Below are positions 54,377-64,000 of a stretch of 64,000 nt of DNA, in pieces. Source of the stretch: Octopus sinensis (lineage: Eukaryota); the NCBI RefSeq assembly GCF_006345805.1, contig NC_043012.1, forward strand, positions 6,572,001 through 6,636,000, given 5' to 3'. The notes under the pieces were generated by a model. That model was not told the DNA's origin, ran no database searches, and saw only the letters and a program-made list of their open reading frames with translations. Each line of letters begins with the position of its first letter. Position 1 is the stretch's first letter. Both the position numbers and the translations under genes were made by a program.

Positions 54377-54608
54377 GCCCTTTAGTATTTAAACTAGCCA
54401 AATCCAGCCCAAACAGACGACTACCTTGTTTTATGTTGAAACCAATCAGATCTGGCTTCTCACACCTACTCTACAATGTCATTCCAGAGATATACAATCA
54501 CATCATCAAAATCTCAAAGCTATGAGAATAATTTTGGATTAATTCCAAACGATGCGAATGAATAAGAATTATATTTGACAGAGTAAATCCAAATATGAAA
54601 GGGTTAAA
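54377..54608. mobile_element. Possible piggyBac-type MITE remnant
   Basis: Begins CCCTTT and ends AAAGGG followed by TTAA. The left TTAA is not preserved. Confidence 0.35.
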
Positions 54609-55844
54609 TGAGAATTGAGAAGGAGAGGACATTGGGCTATTCACACAGTAGTTTATATATTAACAATATATACAGCATATCCATTCCGTTCAAAAGACAA
54701 AATAAAAACCAAACCAAATGCAAAATATATTTGTGTTAATTCAAAAGAAATCATTACGGAATATAAAGCGTCACAACAGAATATTTGGCCTCTGACAGGA
54801 ATACATGAATGACAAGCTTTTAGTTCTTAGCATTTATAATTTGCTTTCCAATACAAAATATGTTAAATTCATGAAATTAAATATTTCATAGTAGAGAGCC
54901 AAATCGAATTACACAATTGATTTTATACCATAACTAGCAGAATAATATAATTATATCCTTTTACAAATTCCTTGTTTTTACTTGGTTTTATGATTTGCTG
55001 TTATTTGGTTACAATAATTCCAATAGACACGACTAGTTTTGTTCCAGTTGAACAGAGTTCAAAAACTTTTCTCTTGTATACACGTATGCATCTAGGTTCT
55101 TTTATATACGTTATTTTATTTATTATTATTGTTATTGCTGTTGTCATTGTTGCTAGTGTTATTTTGCTGTCATTGTTTTATGTTCTTGTGATAAATAGCT
55201 TTTAGCTTCAAGCCTATATTTTCCCCCTTTTATTCTCTTATTTCTTTGTCTAAACCCCTCCACTTGTACACTCAAACTCCCTGTTCTGCCCTCTGCTAGT
55301 TGTCTGATATGGAAATGATACTCACCATGTAATATAATAAAAGTACATTATATTTTCTTATATATCATGATATGACACATGTTACATATAGCCCTGATAT
55401 ACTATAGCATGCTGTAAACTAGTATGCTATAAATCCAGGACATTCTGGTTGGATGGCTAATGGATATATACACTCCAAGGGCAGCCTTCTTTGAGTAGCT
55501 TTATATAAAAAAAAACATTTCTGAATTAATCATGATATCTAAATAGATGTGCATCTTTTGTGTTTCACCAACCATGACTACCACCACTGCCACCACCACC
55601 ACTACCACCACTGCCACCACCACTACTACCTCCGCCGCCGCCACCACCACCACTACCACCGCCGCCACCACCACCGCCGCCACTGCCACCCCAGCTGCCG
55701 CCACCACCACCACGACCAGTGCTGCTGGACTGCTTAGATCCCTCTACTTGGCAGTTCAGCAGAAGAGAATGATAGAATAAGTATCAGGCTTCAATAAAAT
55801 AAATACTGGGGTTAGTTTGTTTAACAATGGCTGAAACAAGCAAA

Positions 55845-56235
55845 GCATGGTTGTGGCAGTGTGGTAAGAAGTTTGCTTCCCAGCCACATGGTTTCAGGTT
55901 CAGTCCCACTGTGTGGCACCTTGGTCAAAGTGCCTTCTATTATAGCTTTGAGCTGACCAAAGCCATGTGAGTGGATTTGGTAGATGGAAACTGTGTAAGA
56001 AGCCCATCATGTGCATGTGTATGTGTGTGTGTGTGTTTGTCCCTCGCTACCACTTGACAACCAGTGTTGGTGTGTTTACGTCCCTTTAATTTCACAGGTT
56101 GGCAAAAGAGACAAACTGAGTAAATACCAAGCCTAAACGAAAAAATAAGTACCGGGGGGTCGATTTATTTGAGTCAAAGTTCCTGAAAGTGGTGCCCCAG
56201 TATGGCCACAGTGTAATGACTGAAACAAGTATAAG
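55845..56235 (+). mobile_element. Dominant SINE copy next to the donor of Ig exon B
   Basis: Head, microsatellite and tail present. Other copies or fragments (approximate): 1-75, 5420-5720, 6180-6330, 18245-18300, 23027-23200, 24055-24200, 24355-24630, 24930-25020, 27315-27480, 30600-31040, 33060-33200, 36240-36350, 42655-42790, 42975-43070, 52925-53075, 53710-53870. Confidence 0.8.
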
Positions 56236-56300
56236 ATAAAAACGATAAACATTAAGTAAAAGATGAAAGAACAGAAGAATTATAAAGGGAGACAACTTAC

Positions 56301-56600
56301 AAGTAACGTGGACGGTGATCTCTTTTGATTTGACTAACTTCTCGGTCATTTGTGTGAATTGGTTTGTTGCTACACAATAGAACTCTTGTAAGTTGTGTTT
56401 CCTGTTGACTTGGTGGAATGTCAAATGACCATCTGCATCACTATTTGTATCCTGCATGCTGCTTCCTTCGGTTGGAAACCATTCATATGTTGTTGGTGGG
56501 GGATTGCCTTCGGGATCAGATCGGCAAATTATCTGTTCGGTTTGGTTCTCAAACCAAGGAAATACTGTTGAGGGAAACACTTTGGGTGTTGCTGGGGGAT
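56301..56600 (-). CDS. Internal coding exon B of the same gene (canonical C2/I-set-like Ig domain)
   Basis: Acceptor ttttgcttactttttcacAG and donor GTAAGT. 300 nt, phase 1/1: YPPATPKVFPSTVFPWFENQTEQIICRSDPEGNPPPTTYEWFPTEGSSMQDTNSDADGHLTFHQVNRKHNLQEFYCVATNQFTQMTEKLVKSKEITVHVT. Canonical Ig hallmarks: C26, GNPPP loop, W41, L-x-F E strand, Y-C76-x-A-x-N. Confidence 0.93.
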
Positions 56601-56777
56601 CTGTGAAAAAGTAAGCAAAACAAATACAAAATTGCATATTGTACTGTTGTTGTTGTTGTTATTGTTGGGGGTGAAGGTGTTGTTTCTTTAACCCCAGGCC
56701 AAACCTGATTGAGCAGATCTATGACTAAAAACATGTTAGTCATGATCAATATCATTGTGTTTTATTATATTTTAGAC

Positions 56778-56956
56778 CAGTGCTTTTCAAACTTTTTGCT
56801 GCAGCGGAACCCCAAGGAAACATTCTTCTGGCTCGAGGAACCCCTGTGCAATAATTTAATAGTCTTATGCACACATATCTGCACAGGAGACTTAAAAATT
56901 ACTGCCGACTTTAGCAGCTTTGTAACTTCTTGCGGAACCCTGGTTGAAAACCACTG
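56778..56956. mobile_element. hAT-type MITE (179 bp)
   Basis: Termini CAGTGCTTTTCAA / TTGAAAACCACTG with a perfect 8-bp target-site duplication TTTTAGAC (56770-56777, 56957-56964). Confidence 0.88.
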
Positions 56957-57140
56957 TTTTAGACATATAATAGCATAAAGGAATGTCTGTTTTCTGTTGT
57001 CTTTTTCTTAAGACAGTTCAGTATAATTTCAGAAGAAATTCAGCTGCTATTTCTTGCAAGTCGAATGACTACATAGAGGCTCCCTCATTGGCATATAATT
57101 GTGGTTTGGTTTGTCAAACCACAATACCTATTATCAACAA

Positions 57141-57490
57141 CCAAATTATTTTCGTTAATTAAAGAATTAGTAAATAAACTATTACACTAATGAGACAGGT
57201 GTAACAGTTGAACGGTAAACTTTTGGAATAGTCATTACAATCCCATAGAGAAAAGCACCAGCAGAAAAGTTTACTGGTAATGTGCACATAATTGGAAGAC
57301 AAAAATGTAAACTGTTAAATGCTTTGGACAAAGATTTCTTTCACAGAAGGGAAACAATCACCTGATTCTTCACTTTTTCTTTCTCTATGAGGTAGCAATT
57401 GTTATTCTGAGAGTTTGCTGATCAATTATTACACCTGTCTCTAGAGTGTAATAGTTTATTCACTAATCCTTTTGTAAATAAAAAAAATTG
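57141..57490. repeat. Inverted-repeat element (probable old MITE)
   Basis: Arms ~57161-57211 (AAAGAATTAGTAAATAAACTATTACACTAATGAGACAGGTGTAACAGTTGA) and ~57422-57473 are near reverse complements, with weaker similarity outward. Confidence 0.65.
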
Positions 57491-58806
57491 GCTTTCGTTA
57501 ACAGAAAAGTACCAAAATGTTTTATATTCGTTTCATTAAAGAAGAAGAATAAAAAGCAAGATTTTTTTATGCTTCTTTGCCTTTCTCAATGATATTAACA
57601 AGGCAAATGATGTGAATATAACACAATGATTTCTAGGCACTTAACAGTGACTTTCTCGTTCTCATACCAAATTAGGTAGGAAGAAGAATACAAAATCATC
57701 ATTACTGTTAATCTGTAATTCTTATATTTAAACTGTATAGTGTTGTATTAATTCATTTAGTCTAAAACTGTAGCTACATTGTTGTGGTCTTTGGTTAGTC
57801 TGATGGGTCAATGCTCATTGAGCAAACTATGATCAAAAACAGTCCAGTCATGGCCATCTCATCTTATAAGGTGGATCTAGGACTACATTAGTCCTGGGTT
57901 TGATATTAAGCTGCATCCTATATTAGGGCCCTGATTCAAGGTCCAAGGTTTTGAGGTGCATGAAACCATCTCTTAGTTACTATTGTTCCCAGGTCTCTTG
58001 TAATCCTGAGTAGTAGAACCTGTCAGGGTCCCGATGGTAGGTTAAATAACATGTAACCATCCGAGCCAGGGAATGTTGAAATCATGGGATGCAGCAGGGT
58101 GGATGTGAAATTACTGAGTCAATAGCGAATATCACAAGATGCTGAAGGGATGACCAGATAACAAGCTGTCAATGGCTAAGATCTATCAGTTCAGTTAGTG
58201 AACTTCTGCTATTATCAGTAGTCATGGTATGTACAGATGAAATATTTCAGCTAGTAAAGGGCCAATGTAACTAAAACCCAGGCTATACATTCATGAGTAT
58301 CACTCAATCAGAACATCAGTAATAGAAGAGTTGTATTGGTCAGGGAAAATTACCTGACTAGATGGTGAGGACTACATTGTCCACTGAACCCCTTCTTTTT
58401 TAAAATAGTAAGGCATGAGTTGAGGGAGACTTGACTACTGTTTCTACTCTAGACAACCACACCATAGTGGTGAATTCACTTGCCATTGTGGTGTGGTTGC
58501 CTTCGAGATCCTGGATGAGAATGTAACCTTCATTTCCTTAAGGTAATCTTCGCCTGATGACTAGCTGTATTGTGCATAGCTCATTGCATAGATATTACAT
58601 CACAAGCTTCAACCAGCTGAGAAACATATGTAGCATGCATTTTACCTGTTCCACACCCTCAATCTGGATTTTATATATATATATATATACATATAAAAAC
58701 ACACATATAAACACATATTTATACACCCAACCCACACACACATACATATATACCCATGCATGTATATATATATATATATATGTATGTATATATATATATA
58801 TACAAA

Positions 58807-58880
<74 letters not shown>

Positions 58881-59079
58881 TATATACATATATATATATA
58901 TATACATCATCATCATCATCATCATCATCATTTAGCATCCGTTTTGTGATGATGATGATGATGTACATATATATATATACATATATATACATATATATAC
59001 ATATATATATTCATATATATATGTGCTGTTCCATGATGTGGACTAAGGTAAAGAAAATATGCATTATAGGAATACTTAC

Positions 59080-59346
59080 AATAAACTGTCATTGACTGTG
59101 ATGTGTTTTTACTAATTCCTGGATGAAGCCCTTCACAAATACACTGAAAATCATTCAAATCCCGCTTGACATCTATCGCGAGCATGGTTACAGAAACTCC
59201 AATGCTGATTGTCGCACCGCAGGAGAGCCGCACTAGGGCAGACGGAAACCCTCCGGACCAGTTGCATGACACGAGCAGTCGCTCGTTTTCTAACAATGGA
59301 ATCTCTGGATTGAAGCCTTCTATTACAGGCTTACCTGGTGGTGTAG
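59080..59346 (-). CDS. Internal coding exon A1 of a multi-Ig-domain cell-surface protein (short 4-Cys Ig-like domain)
   Basis: Acceptor ttcttttttttctctgcAG (AG at 59348-59347) and donor GTAAGT (59079). 267 nt, phase 1/1, open frame: [89 protein letters not shown]. Aligns without gaps to the exons at 52.5 kb and 25.1 kb. Confidence 0.9.
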
Positions 59347-59525
59347 CTGCAGAGAAAAAAAGAATTTGGAAAGAGAGGAGAGGGTTAAATAAAAGTCAAT
59401 ATAATATCTGAGAAGATTAAAAGAGGAAGAGGGAGAGAGAGAAAGAGAGAGAAAGGTCAGAAAGAAAGTGTGAACATAGGAATGGGAAAGGCTGTGAGAA
59501 ACAACAAAAGTAAAATGGAGAAAGG

Positions 59526-59565
<40 letters not shown>

Positions 59566-59686
59566 TGATAAATCCAATAATGGAAGAAAGCGCTAAAAAT
59601 GTAAATAAATTAAACAATATATATAATCATCCAACATTCTGACTACCTTACTATTCTAAATATACAATATCTATACATCACTTCAA

Positions 59687-59759
<73 letters not shown>

Positions 59760-59781
59760 CCATACGCACACGCACACACAC

Positions 59782-60592
59782 CAATTTCCATCTCATTGTA
59801 TTGTCCCTCATTCTTTCAGTATTCCCTCATTACCCTGTCTAGCTCAAACATTTTTTTTCGTTTAGACTTGTCTACAGGTTCATAGCCACTCTGATTTTTC
59901 AATTTTTCGTTTAGTGTTGTCTCCCGATTCATACAAACCCATTTGCTAGCTCATACGATTAACAGAACCTCTTTACTCAGACACGGTGTTATATTAGCTA
60001 TCAATAATGATATTCCCTCTGATTTTTCTGATTTTCAAACCTATTTATCTAATGTTTATTTATCGACAATGCCGTCCCCAGTCAAATTCCCTCACACCGC
60101 TTATTGTCACGTGTCCCTTGACCTCTCTCTCTAACTAACCCTATCTCTCTCTCTCTATGTCCCCCCTTCCCATAACCATCATCGCCATGGTTCTCCATGC
60201 CCCCCCCTTCCCAAAACCATCATCGCCATATATAAAAGAGCAATCGCATTTATCGTTAACCCCACTCGCTTCAAAATATCTAAAGAATACGCACAGATCA
60301 TGAATGGCTAAAAGTTAAGTGAATCGTCCAACCTCGCTACGACTACCTTCTTTCTTGCACTTATTCTTATTCTTTCTCTATTCTTCAATTTCCATCTCAT
60401 TGTATTGTCCCTCATTCTTTCAGTATTCCCTCATTACCCTGTCTAGCTCAAACATTTTTTTTCGTTTAGACTTGTCTACAGGTTCATAGCCACTCTGATT
60501 TTTCAATTTTTCGTTTAGTGTTGTCTCCCGATTCATACAAACCCATTTGCTAGCTCATACGATTAACAGAACCTCTTTACTCAGACACGGTG
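59782..60592 (+). repeat. Perfect 207-bp direct repeat with a 397-bp spacer
   Basis: 59782-59988 and 60386-60592 appear identical (CAATTTCCATCTC...CTCAGACACGGTG). The spacer contains its own ~28-bp duplication (CCCCCCTTCCCA.AACCATCATCGCCAT). Confidence 0.9.
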
Positions 60593-63500
60593 CACCCGCC
60601 CTCCCACCCCCACACGCATGCCGGAAGTTCCTATTCTCTGCCATTCCGGGGTTGCTTCCCATGAAGACTGCAAATGTTCTCACCATCCCTACCCCTCCCT
60701 ACCCCTAGTCTCGACCTATGTAAGGTAATGTTCATACAGTGCAAAATATGAAAGGCTAGCGTTATGCAGGTTGTACTGAAGGCTACTTTACTACTTCATT
60801 TCTTCACATGAACTCTGCCAAATGCGAGCTTTCTTTTCAGGTACACGAAGCTACTGTCCACCATCCCAGGGTCTCTAGAGCCCATGCCTCCCACACCCTC
60901 AGGGTTGGCACCCTCAACGTTGGCACTCTGAAAGGTAGGTCTGGTGAGATAGTCGAGATGCTTGAACGGAGATGTGTGGATATATGTTGCATGCAAGAAA
61001 TAAGGTGGAGAGGAGGATCAGCTAGGTTCCTCACAGGCAAGGAACGCAGGTACAAGATTTTCTGGGCTGGGAACACTGACGGGGTTGGTGGCGTGGGTAT
61101 ACTTATCGCTGAGAAATGGGTAGATAAAGTAATTGAGGTAATCAGAGTATGTGACAGAATACTTAAGATTAGATTAGTGCTTCATCATAGTTTAGCAACC
61201 ATTATATCAGCCTATGCTCCTCAGTCGGGGCTACCCGATGGACAGAAAGACCGATTCTATGACACTCTACTGCAGACTACCTCGTTGACGAATGACAGAG
61301 ACCTTATCTTTGTGGCTGGTGACTTCAATGGTCACGTTGGACGACATGCTGGGGGCTTCCATGGCGTACATGGAGGCTATGGCTATGGCTCCCGCAACGA
61401 GGAGGGAACCAGGCTGCTGGAGTTCTGCGATGCAAATAATCTTATGATTTGCAACACTAACTTCAGGAAACCTACCAGCCACCTAGTCACTTACCAATCG
61501 GGCCAACATACCAGCCAAATTGACTACATCCTTACAAGGCAAAGGGAGAGATGGCTGCTTATAAATGCCAAAACCTTCCCAGGTGAAGAATGTACCCCAC
61601 AACATAGACTGGTAGTTAGTGACTTTAGGATCAGGACTAGGAGGACAACCAGAAGACGACAAATATGGAGAAGAAGGATCTGGAAGCTTAAAGATCCTGC
61701 AAATGGACAGAGATTTAGGGACATATTACTTGAAGCCTCTGACGAAGGGGTCATACCCAATGACTGGTGTAGCAGTATAATAGTCAACTGCTACAAAGGT
61801 AAAGGTGATGCCCTAGATACAAATAACTACAGAGGTATCAAGCTGTTGGACCAGGTGATGAAGGTTACGGAGAGGGTCATAGCCCAACTAATTAGAGAGA
61901 GAGTTAGTTTAGATGAGATGCAGTTTGGGTTTGTGCCAGGGAAAAGTACTACTGATGCTATATTCCTGGTAAGGCAGCTGCAGGAGAAATACCTAGCCAA
62001 AGATAAGCCCCTGTACCTGGCTTTTGTTGACATGGAGAAAGCCTTCGACAGGGTCCCCCGATCCCTTATCTGGTGGGCAATGAGGAAACTAGGGATAGAT
62101 GAATGGTTAGTGAGAGCTGTGCGGGCCATGTACAGGGACGCCGCTAGTAGGGTGAGGGTTGGAAATGTGTACAGTGAAGAATTCCGGGTAGAGGTAGGAG
62201 TCCACCAAGGCTCAGTACTCAGCCCCCTCCTATTTATCATAGTCCTCCAGGCAATAACGGAGGAATTCAAGACAGGATGCCCTTGGGAGCTCCTCTATGC
62301 TGATGACCTTGCTCTAATTGCTGAGTCACTATCAGAACTGGAGGAGAAGTTTCAGGTGTGGAAACAAGGATTAGAATCGAAGGGCCTCAGAGTCAATCTA
62401 GCTAAAACCAAAGTTGTAATCAGTAGGAAGGTAGACAAATCACAAACACCTTCAGGTAGATGGCCCTGCTCGATCTGTAGAAAAGGTGTAGGTAGAAACT
62501 CTATAAGATGCACCAAGTGTAAGCTATGGACACATAAGAGATGCAGCAATGTCAAAGGAAGGCTAACTAGGAAGATGGTTTTTGTATGTGGCAGATGCTC
62601 AGGAACAATAAACACTGAAAATGCTCTGAGACCAACTTCCGTCACTTTCCAGGGAGAAAAACTAGAAATAGTTGATAGTTTCCGTTACCTAGGTGACCAA
62701 GTCAGCAGCGGGGGCGGGTGTGCTGAAAGTGTAACTGCTAGAGTAAGAATAGCTTGGGCAAAGTTCAGAGAGCTCTTACCTCTGCTGGTGACAAAAGGCC
62801 TCTCGCACAGAGTGAAAGGCAGACTGTATGATGCGTGTGTACGAACAGCCATGCTACATGGCAGTGAAACATGGGCCGTGACTGCTGAGGATATGCGTAA
62901 GCTCGCTAGAAATGAAGCCAGTATGCTCCGATGGATGTGTAATGCCGGTACTCACACTCGGCAGAGTGTAAGTACCTTGAGAGAAAAGCTGGACCTAAGA
63001 AGCATCAGTTGTGGTGTGCAAGAGAGACGTTTGCGCTGGTATGGTCATGTGGTGAGAATGGATGAAGATAGTTGTGTGAAAAAGTGCCACACCCTAGCGG
63101 TTGAGGGAACCTGTGGAAGAGGCAGACCCAGGAAAACCTGGGACGAGGTGGTGAAGCACGACCTTCGAACTTTAGGTCTCACTGAGGAAATGACTAGAGA
63201 CCGAGACCTCTGGAAGTGTGCTGTGCGCGAGAAGACCGGCAGGACAAGTGAGTCCATAACCCGTGGCCTTCTACATGGGATGGAGCCAGCCTACGTATGC
63301 ATACCTTCCCTTCTTGGGACACAAAACTCTACTTGTGAAGACGTGATGAGGTAAGTGAGGATCAGAATCGAAATTGATCAATGGAAATTGCGGATGTGCT
63401 ACCAGTGCCAGTGGCATGTCAAAACTCTGCTTGTGAAGACCCGTTGAGGCAAGTGACGATCAGAATCGAAATCGATCAATGGAAATCGATCAATGGAAAT

Positions 63501-63869
63501 TGCAGATGTGTTACCAGTGCCGGTGGCATGTAAGAGAACTTTCCGTTTCGCGACCGTTGCCAGCACCGCCCCGTTTTGTGTCCGTTGCCAGCCTCGCCTG
63601 GCCCTCGTGCCGGTGGCACATAAAAAGCACCATCCGTTCGTGGCCGTTTGCCAGCTCTGTCTGGCACCAGTGCGGGTGGCACGTAAAAAGCACCCACTAC
63701 ACTCACGGAGTGGTTGGCGTTAGGAAGGGCATCCAGCCGTAGAAACACTGCCAGATTTGACTGGGCCTGATGAAGCCTTCTGGCTTCACAGACCCCAGTA
63801 GAACCGTCCAACCCATGCTAGCATGGAAAACGGACGCTAAACGATGATGATGATGATGATGATGATGAT
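60593..63869 (+). mobile_element. RTE-clade LINE, near full length, antisense to the Ig gene
   Basis: The ORF above is followed by a ~500-bp 3'UTR with internal tandem subrepeats, ending GGACGCTAAAC(GAT)n at ~63843-63869. The 5' boundary is approximate and no TSD was identified. Confidence 0.88.
60808..63354 (+). CDS. RTE-clade LINE ORF: APE endonuclease plus reverse transcriptase with an inserted PHD finger
   Basis: 848-aa open ORF. APE motifs TLNVGTL, MQEIRW, GVGILI, AYAPQ, AGDFNGH, QIDYIL, QHRLVV. RT motifs YRGIKLL, QFGF, FVDMEKAFD, GVHQGSVLSPLLF, YADD, YLG. RTE-type C-terminus GRGRPRKTW. Confidence 0.95.
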   Translation: MNSAKCELSFQVHEATVHHPRVSRAHASHTLRVGTLNVGTLKGRSGEIVEMLERRCVDICCMQEIRWRGGSARFLTGKERRYKIFWAGNTDGVGGVGILIAEKWVDKVIEVIRVCDRILKIRLVLHHSLATIISAYAPQSGLPDGQKDRFYDTLLQTTSLTNDRDLIFVAGDFNGHVGRHAGGFHGVHGGYGYGSRNEEGTRLLEFCDANNLMICNTNFRKPTSHLVTYQSGQHTSQIDYILTRQRERWLLINAKTFPGEECTPQHRLVVSDFRIRTRRTTRRRQIWRRRIWKLKDPANGQRFRDILLEASDEGVIPNDWCSSIIVNCYKGKGDALDTNNYRGIKLLDQVMKVTERVIAQLIRERVSLDEMQFGFVPGKSTTDAIFLVRQLQEKYLAKDKPLYLAFVDMEKAFDRVPRSLIWWAMRKLGIDEWLVRAVRAMYRDAASRVRVGNVYSEEFRVEVGVHQGSVLSPLLFIIVLQAITEEFKTGCPWELLYADDLALIAESLSELEEKFQVWKQGLESKGLRVNLAKTKVVISRKVDKSQTPSGRWPCSICRKGVGRNSIRCTKCKLWTHKRCSNVKGRLTRKMVFVCGRCSGTINTENALRPTSVTFQGEKLEIVDSFRYLGDQVSSGGGCAESVTARVRIAWAKFRELLPLLVTKGLSHRVKGRLYDACVRTAMLHGSETWAVTAEDMRKLARNEASMLRWMCNAGTHTRQSVSTLREKLDLRSISCGVQERRLRWYGHVVRMDEDSCVKKCHTLAVEGTCGRGRPRKTWDEVVKHDLRTLGLTEEMTRDRDLWKCAVREKTGRTSESITRGLLHGMEPAYVCIPSLLGTQNSTCEDVMR

Positions 63870-63913
63870 ATATATATATATATATATACATACACATACA
63901 CACACAGACACAG

Positions 63914-63947
<34 letters not shown>

Positions 63948-64000
63948 GTGCCCTTGTGCCGGTGGTACGTAAAAGCACTCACTACACTCTCGGAGTGGTT

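Noticed and set aside
55321-55360. Strong minus-strand donor ATG|GTGAGTAT between exons B and A2
   Set aside because: The good upstream acceptors lead to in-frame stops and the only open option has a weak acceptor in very AT-rich sequence. Such donors are expected by chance.
59560-59617. Signal-peptide-like ORF start (MFNLFTFLALSSIIG) just upstream of exon A1
   Set aside because: It begins with TTG rather than ATG, has no downstream donor, and runs into a (TA)n repeat.

Overview
AT-rich, microsatellite-dense eukaryotic DNA. The repeat content (tRNA-derived SINEs, RTE/CR1 LINEs, mariner and hAT elements, Penelope remnants, long (TA)n/(CA)n/(CAT)n runs) is what I expect of an octopus genome; that species call is inference. 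There are no prokaryotic features, no CRISPR array, and no recognisable rRNA or true tRNA gene. The one well-supported host gene is on the minus strand and encodes a multi-immunoglobulin-domain surface protein. Four internal phase-1/phase-1 exons have strong AG/GT signals: 59346-59080, 56600-56301, 52682-52416 and 25305-25039. Three of them are exactly 267 nt and encode an unusual short Ig-like domain with an invariant C28-x-W30...L41-x-C43...C69-x-C71 pattern; the fourth is a canonical 100-aa Ig domain. I could not identify the start, signal-peptide, transmembrane or stop exons. Most of the rest is intronic or intergenic transposon material. This includes an RTE LINE with an open 848-aa ORF (PHD finger inside the RT, apparent in-frame linker deletion), a 5'-truncated CR1-like LINE whose 3' tail matches the dominant SINE, a full-length Hsmar1-like mariner inserted in a SINE, several MITEs and fold-back hairpins, and Penelope-type repeats with degenerate minimal hammerhead ribozyme motifs. 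Most ORFs in the supplied track are microsatellite or SINE artefacts. All alignments and counts were done by eye, and repeat boundaries are approximate unless a TSD or TIR fixes them.
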